From: the human T2T-CHM13v2.0 reference genome, Homo sapiens | Direction: 5' to 3' (one strand) | Length of the DNA stretch: 64,000 bases | NCBI RefSeq assembly: GCF_009914755.1 | Contig: NC_060947.1 | Shown here: positions 20,242-33,073 of the stretch, piece after piece | Numbering within the stretch: position 1 is the stretch's first letter | How the letters are laid out: each line of letters opens with the position of its first letter | Translations under genes and position numbers: made by a program | Notes under the pieces: generated by a model | The model's input: only the letters and a program-made list of their open reading frames with translations | The model's database searches: none | What the model was told of the DNA's origin: nothing

Positions 20242-20704
20242 GAAGCCAAGAAATGTAGAGTCCAAAGATCCAACACTGTGTGACTCTAGATATTTTACTT
20301 CACCTCTAATTTACAAATAGAAATATTTGTAAATATTTCTTTTCTTCCTGGCCTTAGAGAGTAAAGTAAGGATCAAGTGCTTTGTTTAGAAATAAAAAAA
20401 GATAAGGACACAGGGTAGATGCTATTATTCTCTCCACGTTTAAACCCTAGGTAGAAGCATTGACACTAGGGAGACTAGAAGGCAATATGTTTTCAAATGA
20501 TACACATATGCTGCTCTTTGATTCTGCAAGTATTTACTGAGTGCTCCCTGCTTGCAAAATACTGTGCTAAGGTGCTAGGTGCTGAGAATAGAAAACTCTT
20601 ACTCTCCTAAGAAAATATCTATTTTATTTTATTTTATTTTATTGCTATAGCAACAAGTAATCTCCTCTGCCAGTTTTCAATACATTCTTCAGTCAGTGAC
20701 ACTT

Positions 20705-21010
20705 TGTACTAGTAATTATGCTTCTGAAAGCTAACCCATAAGTGATAGGCTCATGCCCCAGAATGTCAACCAATCGACAGTAGACATGCACCAGTCACCA
20801 TGTTTCTATAGCTAAGGTTAAAGTCTCTCCCTTTCTGGGTGGTGGCCGCTGCACCATGGCCTTTGGAAGGTCTCATACTGTGAGGGACTTTTGCCTAACC
20901 CTGCAAACCTGTCGAAGTGGCACCTAAATAAAACTTGTTGTGTGCCACTGCCACCTTGTGGTCATATATTTTATTTCGACCAGGCCCAGTATGTCCTCCA
21001 ATTCACTACA
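20705..21010 (+). mobile_element. Old ERVL-class LTR (LTR41/LTR50-like)
   Basis: aataaaacttgttgtgtgccactgccaccttgtggtcat; TG...CA ends. Family call from recall. Confidence 0.5.
20947..20964 (-). promoter_or_regulatory. Candidate CTCF motif
   Basis: Minus strand TGACCACAAGGTGGCAGT, close to the CCASYAGRKGGCRS core. Confidence 0.55.
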
Positions 21011-22589
21011 AAGGTCTGGAAATTAGACTGGCTTGACTTTCTGCCCTCTAGTTCTCAGTTTGACAGAGGAGTTACGACAAATTCATTCAGGTCAGTGCTC
21101 AGTTGATGTATATGAACTATAAGTGGTCAGATTTGGGAAGAGGAAAGAGGTCACTGTGGGCAGGGATGATTCAGGATCCCAGAGGAGATAGAAATTGAAC
21201 TGGATAATGAGATAACCAGGCAGAGCAAAGGAGATAGAAACCAAAAGATTAAACCAAGAGGAAGCAGGTTAAACCACTAGTAAATGGGGTGATTTTTAAA
21301 ATTCTAAATCTTCTTCAAGGACCTAGTAGAATTAGGTTCCATGAGATAGGCCGAAAACTGAAAGCAAGTTTCTACCAAGTGGATCTGTATCTCACTAGTA
21401 TTTCAAAGGTGTTTGTACTCTCCTAATGGTCACTAGACTAAGAATGCTACCCATGAAAATGATTACAGGCTAGTAATGTATGGATTATGATACAGAACAA
21501 CTTGATGACCCTCTTTGTCCCTGGGTCTAAATAACCCCAGAGAGAAATAACTTTTATAAACACAGAGGAGCTATTATGTCCTACCATGGCTTTTCAAACA
21601 TGAAATATGCTCATAGATATTCTTTGATTTCACTGGTAAAAGCAGTTGTTCACAGGAAAATAAAACCATCCTTCCCCTGCTGCCCTATCCTTCCAAAGGT
21701 ATCCCACTGCCCTGATCAGGTTATCCTCCTTGAAACAAAGTAACTTTTAATAAAGTGGGCTGGTGGCAGGGAGAACCTGATATGATCACACACCTGTTAT
21801 AATAGGATTTAATTCTGCTTCAGATGTGCTAGTTTTAATAAAAAAGGATTGAGCAAATCGAAAATAAATTACACTGAAAGGTCAGGCTTATTGCTTGTAC
21901 AGTTAGGTTAACTCCCCCCACTGACACTTTTAGAGACTGTATTTATGAGACCTTTTGATTTGGAAAGGAGAGGTATAAAATACATCTACAATTTCCCCAT
22001 TACTTGCAGCAGTATTTCATTTTCAAGTGTCAATTCCAAGCACTTAACTATGGCATTCTTTAACAGGAGTAAATCTAAAAAGTATGAGTTGTTTACACAA
22101 TGCTGTTATTCAATATATTAATAAAACAAGCTTTTCTATCCAGTGGAAAGTTAGAAAAATCCTTCCAGAGCTTACGCAGCACAGTAATTCACTTTATTGC
22201 ATGTGGAACATTTACTAAGAATGTGTTGGCTCCTGATTTGAATGAGCACATTCCTCTGACACAGTGTCTCCTCTACCAGAAGGAGAGTCCGTTTGATTTA
22301 CTAAGTAGGGATGGATGAACCAATGACCCACCCAGGTTTACTTTCCCAACATATTTAATGAGACATTCAAGTAGGTACAGTGTGTTTGTTTCTTTGCTCA
22401 ACTCCAGCTTTGCTTTGCTCAGCTTATAGTAACTAGAACTGTTACCATAAGCGATTCCAAATGTCTTTCCTTTCTCTTAGGCTGGTTTCATGATTCATCC
22501 ATCAAACATAACAGAATGCGGAAGGGGACTTCTATTACTGCAAAATTGGTGACAATGGTCCAAAGCTGAAGACAAAAAAAAAGTAAGAA

Positions 22590-22868
22590 AGATAATAAAC
22601 AATGAACACTTGCATGGCATTTATTATGTACCAGGCTTTGTATTAAACATTTTACAACCCTTAATCCAATTAATCTTCACAATAACTCTATGATATAGTT
22701 ACTACTATTATCTCCATCTTAGAGATGAGAAAACTGAGGCCCAAAAATATAAGTGAGTTGCCCAGTGACATACAGTTTATAAGTGGAAGAGCGAGGATTT
22801 GAACTCAGGCACTCTGTGAGCTGACACATAGTTTCTAAGTGGAAGAGCTAAGATTTGAACTCCAGACT
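22590..22868 (-). mobile_element. MIR with duplicated head
   Basis: gatgagaaaactgaggc...ggatttgaactcaggc core. Confidence 0.8.
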
Positions 22869-22877
22869 TGAAGTGTC

Positions 22878-24040
22878 TTGTAGCCTAGACTCTCATATTC
22901 TAAAGAGAGCCACCAATAAATGGGACCAGATATTTTCCACAAGGCTTACTGGACATACTGTCTTCATCTATCCTCTACCACTCTCCACGTCCAGTCTACT
23001 CCCCTGAGACCTGGAGGAGGGGAAGAAGCTATTGGAGTTTTCAGCCTGTTGCAAAAGAAGAAGAGGTTTTCCTCTCCAACACCAAAGCCAAATGAGGTAG
23101 GGGTGAGCCTCAAGATAATCTCTCGTAGATTTGGGAGAGCCTGTTAGAAAAGGAGACTGGCATCTTGCTCCCTAGCAGTATACTCATGACCCTGGAGACC
23201 CTGAAGATTTACTCAAAGATACCTTTGAGTGGAACAAAGAGATAAGAGAGAATGATATATGTTCTGTAAAGGCAGGTGAGTATGTGTAAATATTGAGGCT
23301 GGGCCTGCTTCTCACCTGGAGATTTCTGAAGGCAGGATACTTGCTGTAGTAGACCATTCCAGCAGGGCATGAAAGGGCTATAGTATAATGTAAATGTATA
23401 GTATAATGTAACCTAGAGAAGAACAGGATAAAACTGAACTCCTGATCCCTACTGCCCTTAAAAGTCACAGAAAAGGATCATAGCAGTTCTGACTCCACAT
23501 ACAGGAGCACAGACTAGAAGAGTAAAAGCCTTCATGCTACCCAGGCAGCTTGAGGGCTGATAGTCATGGCAACCCATCTAGTGAAGGGATTGGACATTTG
23601 GAATTTTGGGAATGACTGAGAGAAACCAGGCTGCTCCTCTTTGACAGTGTCCTCAGTAACAGTGAACACTGCAAATGAAGCTAGCCACCACTCCTGTGAC
23701 AGCCACATAAGCCACCTATGTACACAGAGGGTAGCCCAACAGCAGAAGCTACCAGCAAGAGCTGGAAACAAATCTAACCAGAGTGAGGCCAGGAGCAATC
23801 TCCCTACCCCTAACAGACTGGCTAGAAAGTAACGCCAGAGGAGCTAACTTACAAGAAGGAGGGGGAAGAAGAATAGAGAATGTCATACCCCTGCATCTAC
23901 ACCTAATACTCCTACCCACCTATCTAGAAAGCAACATGGTATGGAGCAATCTTCGAATCTGATAAGACATTGGGATTTTGTAATGGACTAAATTTTGATA
24001 ACTGAAAAGGACCAGAAGGTTATGAATTTTGAAAAGGGAA
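22878..24040. mobile_element. Possible ancient LTR (LTR78-like); boundaries uncertain
   Basis: Weak recalled similarity only (ggactaaattttgataactgaaaaggaccagaaggttatg). Confidence 0.25.
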
Positions 24041-25401
24041 TTCAACAAAGCAAAGTTGGAATCAACGTTTGGAAAACATAAAACCTTTACAAGTTAATGC
24101 CCCAAATAACTTAATATTCTTCAGTAAATCAGTTACGTCAGAATTCCACTGTGGAGGACAGATGCCTCTGTAGCAGGCTGTAGGGGTGTGGCAATTATTT
24201 TTCATGCCCTTAACTTCAGAGGTTACAGATCCACAGAAATATTCCAACTTTCCATGGTTTATTTTCAGTTTATCACTCATGGATTTATGAGCAGCAGGTA
24301 TTGCCCAGACCACCTGGCTAGGGCAGAATACAATCATACACAAAGAAACAGTAACGAAACAGTCCTGTGGCTCAGTTTCCACTTGCAGAATTGGAGGAAC
24401 TTTAGCCCCATCCAAATCCCTCCTTCTGGCTCTAGTTGGCTATGGTGGAGGATAGGTGAGGAAGGATCATTGGGGTGTCTTGCAACTTCTGTCTTAGGCC
24501 TTATTTCCACATAATTCCTGCATGCCCGGTCCTGACCACACTCTCTGGAGCCTAGCCCATTGTCACTACCCAAAGACTCTACTGCTGTTTCCTGTCATAA
24601 CACTCCACCTTCATGATGCGGCTAGTGCCATCGCCACCACTGCAGCAGAAGGCCTCTTCTGTATTGCTGCTCTTAGTCTCATACAGAATACTAAACCAGA
24701 ATGTGCTGGTACATTTCAGATACATGGGAGTCCCTTTCCCTTAGACTCTGATATTTGTCCCAAAGGAGTATGTCAGAAGCCTATATGAGTGTCAACATAT
24801 CACAATACACTTGGGGTCCCTCTCTACACAACCTAGTATTATTCCTGCACCAAGTTGATGGACCCAAACTCCCTCTACTACCAAGGTGAGTTCCTATTAA
24901 GATTAGATATGTATTGTGCAAGTGCTCTATGTTGAAACAGTGTGATAATTGTTTATTATCACACTTAATCCTCAAGTGTGACAGGAATAGTTTTTTCGGA
25001 CAAAAATTAATTTTATCAGGTAATTTCTGGTTAAGATTAGTTTTGCCTGAAAAGAAACATAAAATGGAAATAATAATTCCTTAAACAACACAGGGGCTTT
25101 GTTTCCCCTCATGTTCCAGTAGGATTGCTGTGATACCCCACTGTGTCAGAGACCTGGACTTCTATTTTATTCCTCCATCTTGTGGGGCTGAGGCTTTAGC
25201 CATGATGATCCTGTTCATCATGAAATGAGAGAGACATGCTGCCTCCCTTTAAGAACACTTCTTAGAAGTTGCACACACCACTTCTGCTTACAATTCATTG
25301 TCCAGAACTTAGTCACATGGTCACACCTAACTGCAAGAGTGGCTGGGAAATGTAGTCCTTATTCCTGATGACCATGTGGCCAGCTAAAGAATTGGGGTTC
25401 T

Positions 25402-26056
25402 CCAAAAGCAAATGCAATAAAAACAAAGATAAATAGCTGGGACCTAATTAAACTAAAGGGCTTTTGCACGGCAAAAGGAACAATCAGCAGAGTAAACAGA
25501 CAACCCACAGAATGGGAGACAATCTTCACAATCTATACATCTGACAAAGGACTAATATCCAGAATCTACAACGAACTCAAACAAATCAGTAAGATAAAAA
25601 ACAAACAATCCCATCGAAAGTGGGCTAAGGACATGAATAGACAATTCTCAAAAGAAGATACACAAATGGCCAACAAACATATGAAAAATGCTCAACATCA
25701 CTAATGATCAAGGAAACGCAAATCAAAACCACAATGTGATACCACCTTACTCCTGCAAGAATGGCCATAATCAAAAAACAGCAGATGTTGGCGTGGATGC
25801 GGTGAACAGGGAACGCTTGTTGGTGGGAATGTAAACTAGTACAGCCACTATGGAAAACAGTGTGGAGATTCCTTAAAGAACTAAAAATAGAACTACCATT
25901 TGATCCAGAAATCCCACTACTGGGTATCCTAGAGGACAAGAAGTCATTATTTGAAAAAGATACTTGCACACACATGTTTACAGAAGCACAATTCACAATT
26001 GCAAAATCGTGGAACCAATCCAAATGCCCATCAGTCAATGAGTGGATAAAGACACT

Positions 26057-26104
<48 letters not shown>

Positions 26105-26459
26105 AATTAAGAGCATTGGCAGTGACCTGGTTGACACTGGAGACTATTATTCTAAGTGAAGTAACTCAGGAATGGAAAACCAAACATTGTATGTTCTCAC
26201 TGATATATGGGAGCTAAGCTATGAGGACACAAAGGCATAAGAATGATATGGTGGACTTTGGGGACTTGAGGGGAAGAGTGGAAGCGGGGTGAGGGATAAA
26301 AAGACTACAAACATGGCTCAGTGTATGGTGAGTGTATACTGCACCAAAATCTCACAAATCACCACTAAAGAACTCACTCATGTAACCAAATAACACCTGT
26401 ACCCCAATAACATATAGAAATATAAAATTAATTAATTAGATATAAATGAATAAAAGAAA
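25402..26459 (+). mobile_element. L1PB1-like 3' fragment with a perfect 16-bp TSD
   Basis: TSD aaagaattggggttct at 25386-25401 and 26460-26475. 3' end cactaaagaactcactcatgtaaccaaa. Internal (TA)n at about 26060-26101. Confidence 0.92.
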
Positions 26460-26476
26460 AAAGAATTGGGGTTCTA

Positions 26477-26947
<471 letters not shown>

Positions 26948-27014
26948 CTAGTTTGTGTCCACTATCCACACCAGTGCACCCTAGCTTAAGGTTTAGTCAG
27001 CCCAGAAGAAGGGC

Positions 27015-27443
27015 TATACTAGTCTGCTTTGCATTGTTATAAAGTAATACCTGACACTGGGTAAATTATAAGGAAAAGAGGTTTATTTGGTTCCCAGTTC
27101 TGCATGGTGTCAGCATCTGTTGAGCTTCTGATGAGGCCTCAGGAAACTTTTACTTATGGTAAAAGGCAACGGGGGAGCACTCATGTCACACGGAGAGAGA
27201 GAGAGCAAGAGAGAGAGAAAGAAAAGGAGGAGATGCCAGGCTCTTTTAAACAACTATTAATAGCTGTCACATGAACATAGAATGTGAACTCCTTCATCAT
27301 CAAAGGGAAGGCACAAAGGGACCTTTGCCTCCATGAAGGATCTGCCTCCATGACCCAAACACCTCTCAGTATGCCCCATCTCCAACATTGGGGATCACAT
27401 TTCAACATGAGATTTGTTGGCAATAAATATCCAAGCTATATCA
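27015..27443 (-). mobile_element. MST (B-like) MaLR LTR
   Basis: tatactagtctgctttgcattg...aaaagaggtttatttgg...tttcaacatgagattt...ccaagctatatca. Confidence 0.85.
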
Positions 27444-27455
27444 GGTGCCTTTTTG

Positions 27456-27538
27456 TATTGAGTTGGGCCATACAAAATTGTCATTTTCATAGATCAAATA
27501 TGATAAAAAGTCAGCAATTTAATATGGTTGGACCAGTA
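27456..27538. mobile_element. MADE2-like mariner MITE
   Basis: About 80 bp with inverted ends tattgagttgggccatacaaaattg / caatttaatatggttggaccagta. Confidence 0.6.
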
Positions 27539-27587
27539 ATTCATCAGCCCAGAAAGGACACCTTTTTGTAATTCTCACAAACGTACC

Positions 27588-28109
27588 TGTGATAGAGCAA
27601 TTGTACAAATGTCTCCAATTGTCCATCTTCATCTTCCCTGTAGCTATGTCTTTTGTAATGTGGCTTGCAGCCTTTCCCATCAAGAGGTAGAGTCAATTTC
27701 CTCAACCCTTGAATCTGAGCTGGCCATGTGGCTTGTTTGACCAGTGGAGTAAGATGGAAGTAAAGATGTGCCAGTACTGAATCCAGGCCTCAAGAGGCCT
27801 CACATGCTTCTTCTCTCACTCTTTCAGAACCTTGTCAGGACCATGTGAAAAAGCCCAGGGTAGACCATCGGAGGAAGGCCCTCCTAGACCATCCTACAGC
27901 CAGCCAACCCGCAAACATTTTCGACATTTCAGCCAAGATCAACAGATCTGCCTATCTGACCCACAGCTGATCACTGACACATGAGTGAGCCCAGCTAAAA
28001 CTAGATTCATCCAGCTGATTCACAGACTCATGAACGATAATAAATAAATACTCTTTAAGCCTCTAATTTTGGGGGTGGTTTGTTAGATAAGCAATAGTTA
28101 ACTGCTACA
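27588..28109 (+). mobile_element. MLT1 (F/G/H-like) LTR
   Basis: cccatcaagaggtagagtc...cccttgaatctgagctggccatgtg; end gtttgttagataagcaatagttaactgctaca. Confidence 0.82.
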
Positions 28110-28119
28110 GTGTCATATG

Positions 28120-28300
28120 TACTAACAACATCCCTGTGTAGCTATTAGTATTCGCCTCATTTTATAGCTAACTGAGCTTAGTAGTTAAGTGATTTGCCTA
28201 AAGTCACACAACTAGTTAATACAGGGACAGCCAGGATTCTAAACCAGCCTGTCTATAGACCCTGTGATCATAACCATTACTCTATATGACCATAGCACTA
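28120..28300 (-). mobile_element. MIR
   Basis: gttaagtgatttgcctaaagtcacacaactagt...ggattctaaaccag. Confidence 0.7.
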
Positions 28301-28338
28301 CTCTAACTAATGAGGAAGAGGCAGGCCCCATTTGTACC

Positions 28339-28765
28339 CAGTGGCTAAATGCTAGATGTTTAACAATCAGCTCTCTGGCAAGAGGACGCCCTGATTTGTA
28401 GTACTTGCTGATTTCCATGATGTAAATACTCCCACCATGGCCAATCTCAAATCTACAACTTGACATCACTGAACACACAGTTGAGAAGATATATGCAATA
28501 ACACACCATTATAGTACTTCCACCATACAAATATAAGTAAACAATCTCGAGAGCATAGATAATAGTAAAATGTAGTAAAAGAACATTTTACTGTTTTGAG
28601 TTATAAGTTTTGAGTATGTGTTGCCTTTGTTTCAATGTAATTTAACTGTACATTTATATATTAATTTATTTTTAATGGCTGTGTTTAAAAACCGGATTGC
28701 AAAATTTTCTTAAAATTTAACATTTGGCTCTTGTGAGCCAGTATGAGCCATTTCTAGCACACCCT
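28339..28765. mobile_element. MER63-like hAT DNA transposon
   Basis: gatttccatgatgtaaatactcccaccatggccaat...tggctcttgtgagccagtatgagcc. Confidence 0.7.
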
Positions 28766-29476
28766 TTGCTAAGGGTCATAGTCTAATCATCCAGCCATTT
28801 GACCTGCTCGGCAAATTTGTTGCTTCCTCCTATAAACCTACACCTATTTGCCCACCCCTCCAGCCCTCCAAATGTGTATGAATTAGCTGAATATTTATAG
28901 CTTGGCCTGTACCCTGGGACCTCGGTCCATATGTCAGCATTTCTTTAACCTCTTCTATTTGTCTTTTCAGTCTATACCACACTTTTGGTTAACAAAATCT
29001 ATGTCTACTCCCCCACTGGGTGAAGTCCATATTTCTTTATTTATTCTACAGTGATCTCATTTGTATTCTAGCTTCAGAAAAGGCCCACTACCTACACTTT
29101 CAAGGATGCGGCATTTAGACAATAGCTGCATTTTCTCCTTCACATCATACCCCCTCACCTTCCTGATAGCAAACATCTCTGCCCTGTCAGCCATCCCCTC
29201 GTCACACGGAGAGAGCCTAATACTTTTGTCCTTGTGGTCCAATTTATCCACCACCCACACCCCCTCCCCCCAACAGTCCAACAGTCTTCCATGCGATATC
29301 TGTACATTTCACAAATAAGCAAGTATTAATGTGGTGATCTTCGGCCCTTCTGGAGTTGACACAGGCAACTTTGGTCTAGGATCAGCTTCATGCAGTCGTT
29401 TGAAGAGGCTTCCAGAAGAATTGATTCCATGAATTTTCTCTGCTATACAGCCCAAGGCTTAACTGGGTTTAAAAAT

Positions 29477-29477
<1 letters not shown>

Positions 29478-29530
<53 letters not shown>
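29478..29530. repeat. (TC)n(TG)n compound microsatellite
   Basis: Seen directly. Confidence 0.97.
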
Positions 29531-29532
<2 letters not shown>

Positions 29533-29969
29533 GTTTAACCTTAATCCTTGGGCTCAAATCCATTCCCATATTCTCCTTGGCTAACGTCATTGTGGGATAT
29601 AGAATAAACATTTAAAAGTCCATATAAGGCCCTTCATGAAGCCCACATAAGTCTCTTTCCAGGGACTTCAAATCTTCTCAATCTCTACCTCACATTTGAC
29701 ATTTCAGCAGCACTGAAAAGCCTGGAGTTGCTTACACTCTCCAGGGTGTTTCTTGCCTTGTGCTGCTGCTTTTCTCTCTGCCTGAAATGCCCTCTGCTCC
29801 TCTCTCCACCCCAAACAAACATATTCACCTACCAAATGCTTGTGCCTCTCTTCACAACCTCTGTGAAGCCTTCTCTGATATTTTGAGATAGAATTAATCA
29901 ATTCTAACATGAAGAATTGCACTGCACAACGTCTCTATTATGTATATACTTCTACTATCACGTGACACA

Positions 29970-30157
29970 TAGGGTTGCCAGATTTAGCAAATAAAAATAT
30001 GGGACACCCATTTTAAAGTTGAACTTCAGATAAACAATGAATAAGTTTTAGTATAAGTATGTCCCATGTGCTATTTGGGATATATTTAAGCTAAAAATTA
30101 TTATTTATCTTAAATTCAAACTTAACTGGGCATCCTGTATTTTATCTGGCAATTCTA
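29970..30157 (+). mobile_element. MER53 palindromic hAT MITE with a perfect 8-bp TSD, inside an L2 remnant
   Basis: tagggttgccagatttagcaaataaaa...tttatctggcaattcta; TSD gtgacaca at 29962-29969 and 30158-30165. Confidence 0.88.
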
Positions 30158-30392
30158 GTGACACACCATGCTAGTGTTTCTCTTTGGCAGCTCAGCTATG
30201 AGTTCCTTGAGGGAAGGGCTTTTTGAATTTGTTCACCTATGTATCCTTAGCACAATTCAGTCCTTAGCACACAGTAAAACTCACAAAATGGTGTTGGAAC
30301 AACATGTGGGTACTGTTTAAACCATTTGAACTAGTTTATGTACATCATCTTATTGAGTCTCACAAAAACCCAGTGAAGGCGGGAAAAAATAG

Positions 30393-30827
30393 TGTGATGG
30401 TTAATACTGAGTGTCAACTTGATTGGATTGAAGGATACAAAGTATTGATCCTGGGTGTGTCTGTGAGGGTGTTGCAAAGGAGATTAACACTTGAGTCAGT
30501 GGGCTAGGAAAGACAGACCCACCCTTAATCTGGGTGGGCACAATCTAATCAGCTGCCAGCATGGCTAGAATATAAGCAGGCAGAAAAATGTGAAAAGAGA
30601 GACGGGCCTAGCCTCCCAGCCTACATCTTTCTCCCATGCTGGATGCTTCCTGCCCTCGAACATCGGACTCCAGGTTCTTCAGTTTTGGGACTCAGACAGG
30701 TTCTCCTTGCTCCTCAGCCTGCAGGCAGCCTACTGTGGAACCTTGTGATCATGTGAGCTAATACTTAGCAAACTCATATATATATATTCCATTAGTTCTA
30801 TCCCTCCAGAGAACCCTGACTAATACA
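30393..30827 (+). mobile_element. MLT2A (A2-like) HERV-L solo LTR inserted in a MIR
   Basis: tgtgatggttaatactgagtgtcaacttgattggattg...gaaccctgactaataca; TSD aatag at 30388-30392 and 30828-30832. Confidence 0.93.
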
Positions 30828-31909
30828 AATAGGTATTATTATCTTCATTGTACTAATAATGAAACCAGGGGACAGAGAGGAATGACTTACCCAAGACCAT
30901 GTCATATGATCATGACAGAGCCAGAACTCAGCCCAGGTTCTCCTGACTCCCTAGTTCTTTCCACTTAAACCACATTGCTGTTTTTCTGTGTGTGGCCACA
31001 GATTTTATGCAACTTTGCAATTTTCAAAACTATTCCTAAGCTTTAAATAAATGATCATACTTGCTTTGGCTTTAAATGATATTATGACTCCACTGGTATA
31101 GCAGTGGTTTTAATATAGCTTGAGGTGTTTGAAGTTGAGCCTAGTGAATTTTTAATTAGGTATCAATCAAATCGAGAGACTGGTTATAAAGCATCGTTTT
31201 CCAGTAAAGTCAGCAACATGGTAAATGATTTTATTGGTAAACCATGAGCTTTCTTTACATATTTATTATTATTATGTCAATATGGGTTTCCTCTATCTGC
31301 GTATGTATAGCAGTTGACAATATCAGCCACATTATTAGTTTGGTTTCCTCTGCTTGGCTAGCTTTTCAGTTGGGGTAAGTCTGCATTTCCTGTCTCAGCA
31401 CTTATGAAGAAGTGGCAGTAACAGTAAAACTTATATTAACTTGTGCCCAAGTAATAAGCCCTCTGTTAATTGAAATTTTTCTGCACTTAGCTCTTATGGG
31501 AAAAAAAGAGGCAATTATGTAAAGATGATGGACTGACAAACATTTTTCCCCAGAAGCCTCTGGCACTGGTCTATTCAGTCCAATTTCCTGTACTACCTAT
31601 TTCCATGTAGAGTTCTAGAGGTAATGAGAAATCATCTCTTTGACCCTTGAAAAGGGCCCAGCTCTCTACTAGGTGCTATGAGGCCCAAAAGGGGTAGAAA
31701 GCAACTAATATTTATGACGTGACTACTATGAATATTTCTGGAAGAATACTCAAGAAGCTGGTGACTGTGGATTTCTCCTGGGAGGAAAGCTGAGTGACTA
31801 GGGCACAAGAGTGAAAAGGAGGCTAGCTCTGCACTGCATCCCCTTGTGTACATTTTGAATTTTGTAACGCAAACTTGCATTACCTAATCAAAGAAATTAT
31901 TTTTCAATG

Positions 31910-32050
31910 CCCACCATGTTTTTTGCATGATCTAATTAATTCTCATAATGACCCTTTGAGGTAAGTATTGTTAACATTCTTATTTTATAGAGGGAAAACT
32001 GAGGTTCTGAGAGTTTAAGTCACTCACCCCAGCTCATATTATTCTGAACA
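31910..32050 (-). mobile_element. MIR (preceded by a short L1M 3' fragment at about 31740-31895)
   Basis: attttatagagggaaaactgaggttctgagagtttaagtcac. Confidence 0.65.
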
Positions 32051-32566
32051 AGTCCAATCAAGGTCATCAGAACCTCCCAGCTAATCTCTGGGAGGTCAGA
32101 GATTGAACCTGGCCAGAATCTGAACAGGGTCTACATCCCTCCAAAGCTATGCTAGCTATCCTGCTCCCCAAAGAAGATGAAAACTGAGTATTCAATTGCA
32201 AGAAGAATCTTGTTGTAGAACTAAGACATACAATTCTAAACAGTTAATTATATTTCATTAATTGTAAGAAATGCATTTTAAATTTTCTGAAATTAAGATA
32301 TGTCTTCTAAGGGATAGTGTGCTGTAGTATATTTGAAGGTGTTTTGTTTTTCTCAGTGATTCATAAGATAATGGTACGTGTTCCAACCAATGGCTTCTTG
32401 AGGTCAGTGAAATATGGTGCCAATATAGTGCAGAAAATCAAAAAGTCTAAACCAGCAGCACAAGCAGTAAGTGATGTAGGAGCTCTGAAGAAGTAACATC
32501 CTCTTCTGTAAGAGTTGCTAGGGTAGGCTTTATGTTGATTTGAGCTAAGCCTCAACGATTGGGCAG

Positions 32567-33073
32567 TGTATCTGTTATCTATTGCCACAAAGTACTGTAC
32601 AATAAACAACCCCAAAACTCAGTGTCTTAAAACAGCAACCATGTATTTACTATTGCTCTTGAGTTTAGAGATTAGCTGGGAGGTTCTGATGATCTTTATT
32701 AGACTTACTCACTTGTCTATGGTCAGATGAAGGTCAGCTGACTGGTCTTGGCCAGGCTCACTCATGTCTGCATATCAGCTGACTGTTGGCTGATCTAGAA
32801 TGCCCTCATTGAGGAAGGGATGGTGTGGCTCTGTTCCATTTGTTTCTCCCATACCCCCAGCAGGCTAGCCTAAGCATGTTCTCATGGATATAGCAAGAGA
32901 GCAAGAGCAGAGATACAAGAGTGAGCAGGAGGAAAGCTGCAAGCATTTTTCTAGCCTTTGTTTGCAACATGTTTGCTAACATCTTGCTGACCAAAGCATG
33001 GCATGGCTTAGCCCAAAGATGAGGCAGAACACAGCACCTTTAATGAGAGAAGTGAAGCAATCAGTCTGTCACA
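32567..33073 (-). mobile_element. MLT1 (H/I-like) LTR
   Basis: tgtatctgttatctattgcc...caaccccaaaactcagtgtcttaaaac...cagcaggctagcctaagcatgttctcatgg. Confidence 0.78.

Noticed and set aside
22920-24975. Cluster of 60-117 aa ORFs as host exons
   Set aside because: No recognisable domain, overlapping on both strands, and no convincing splice structure.
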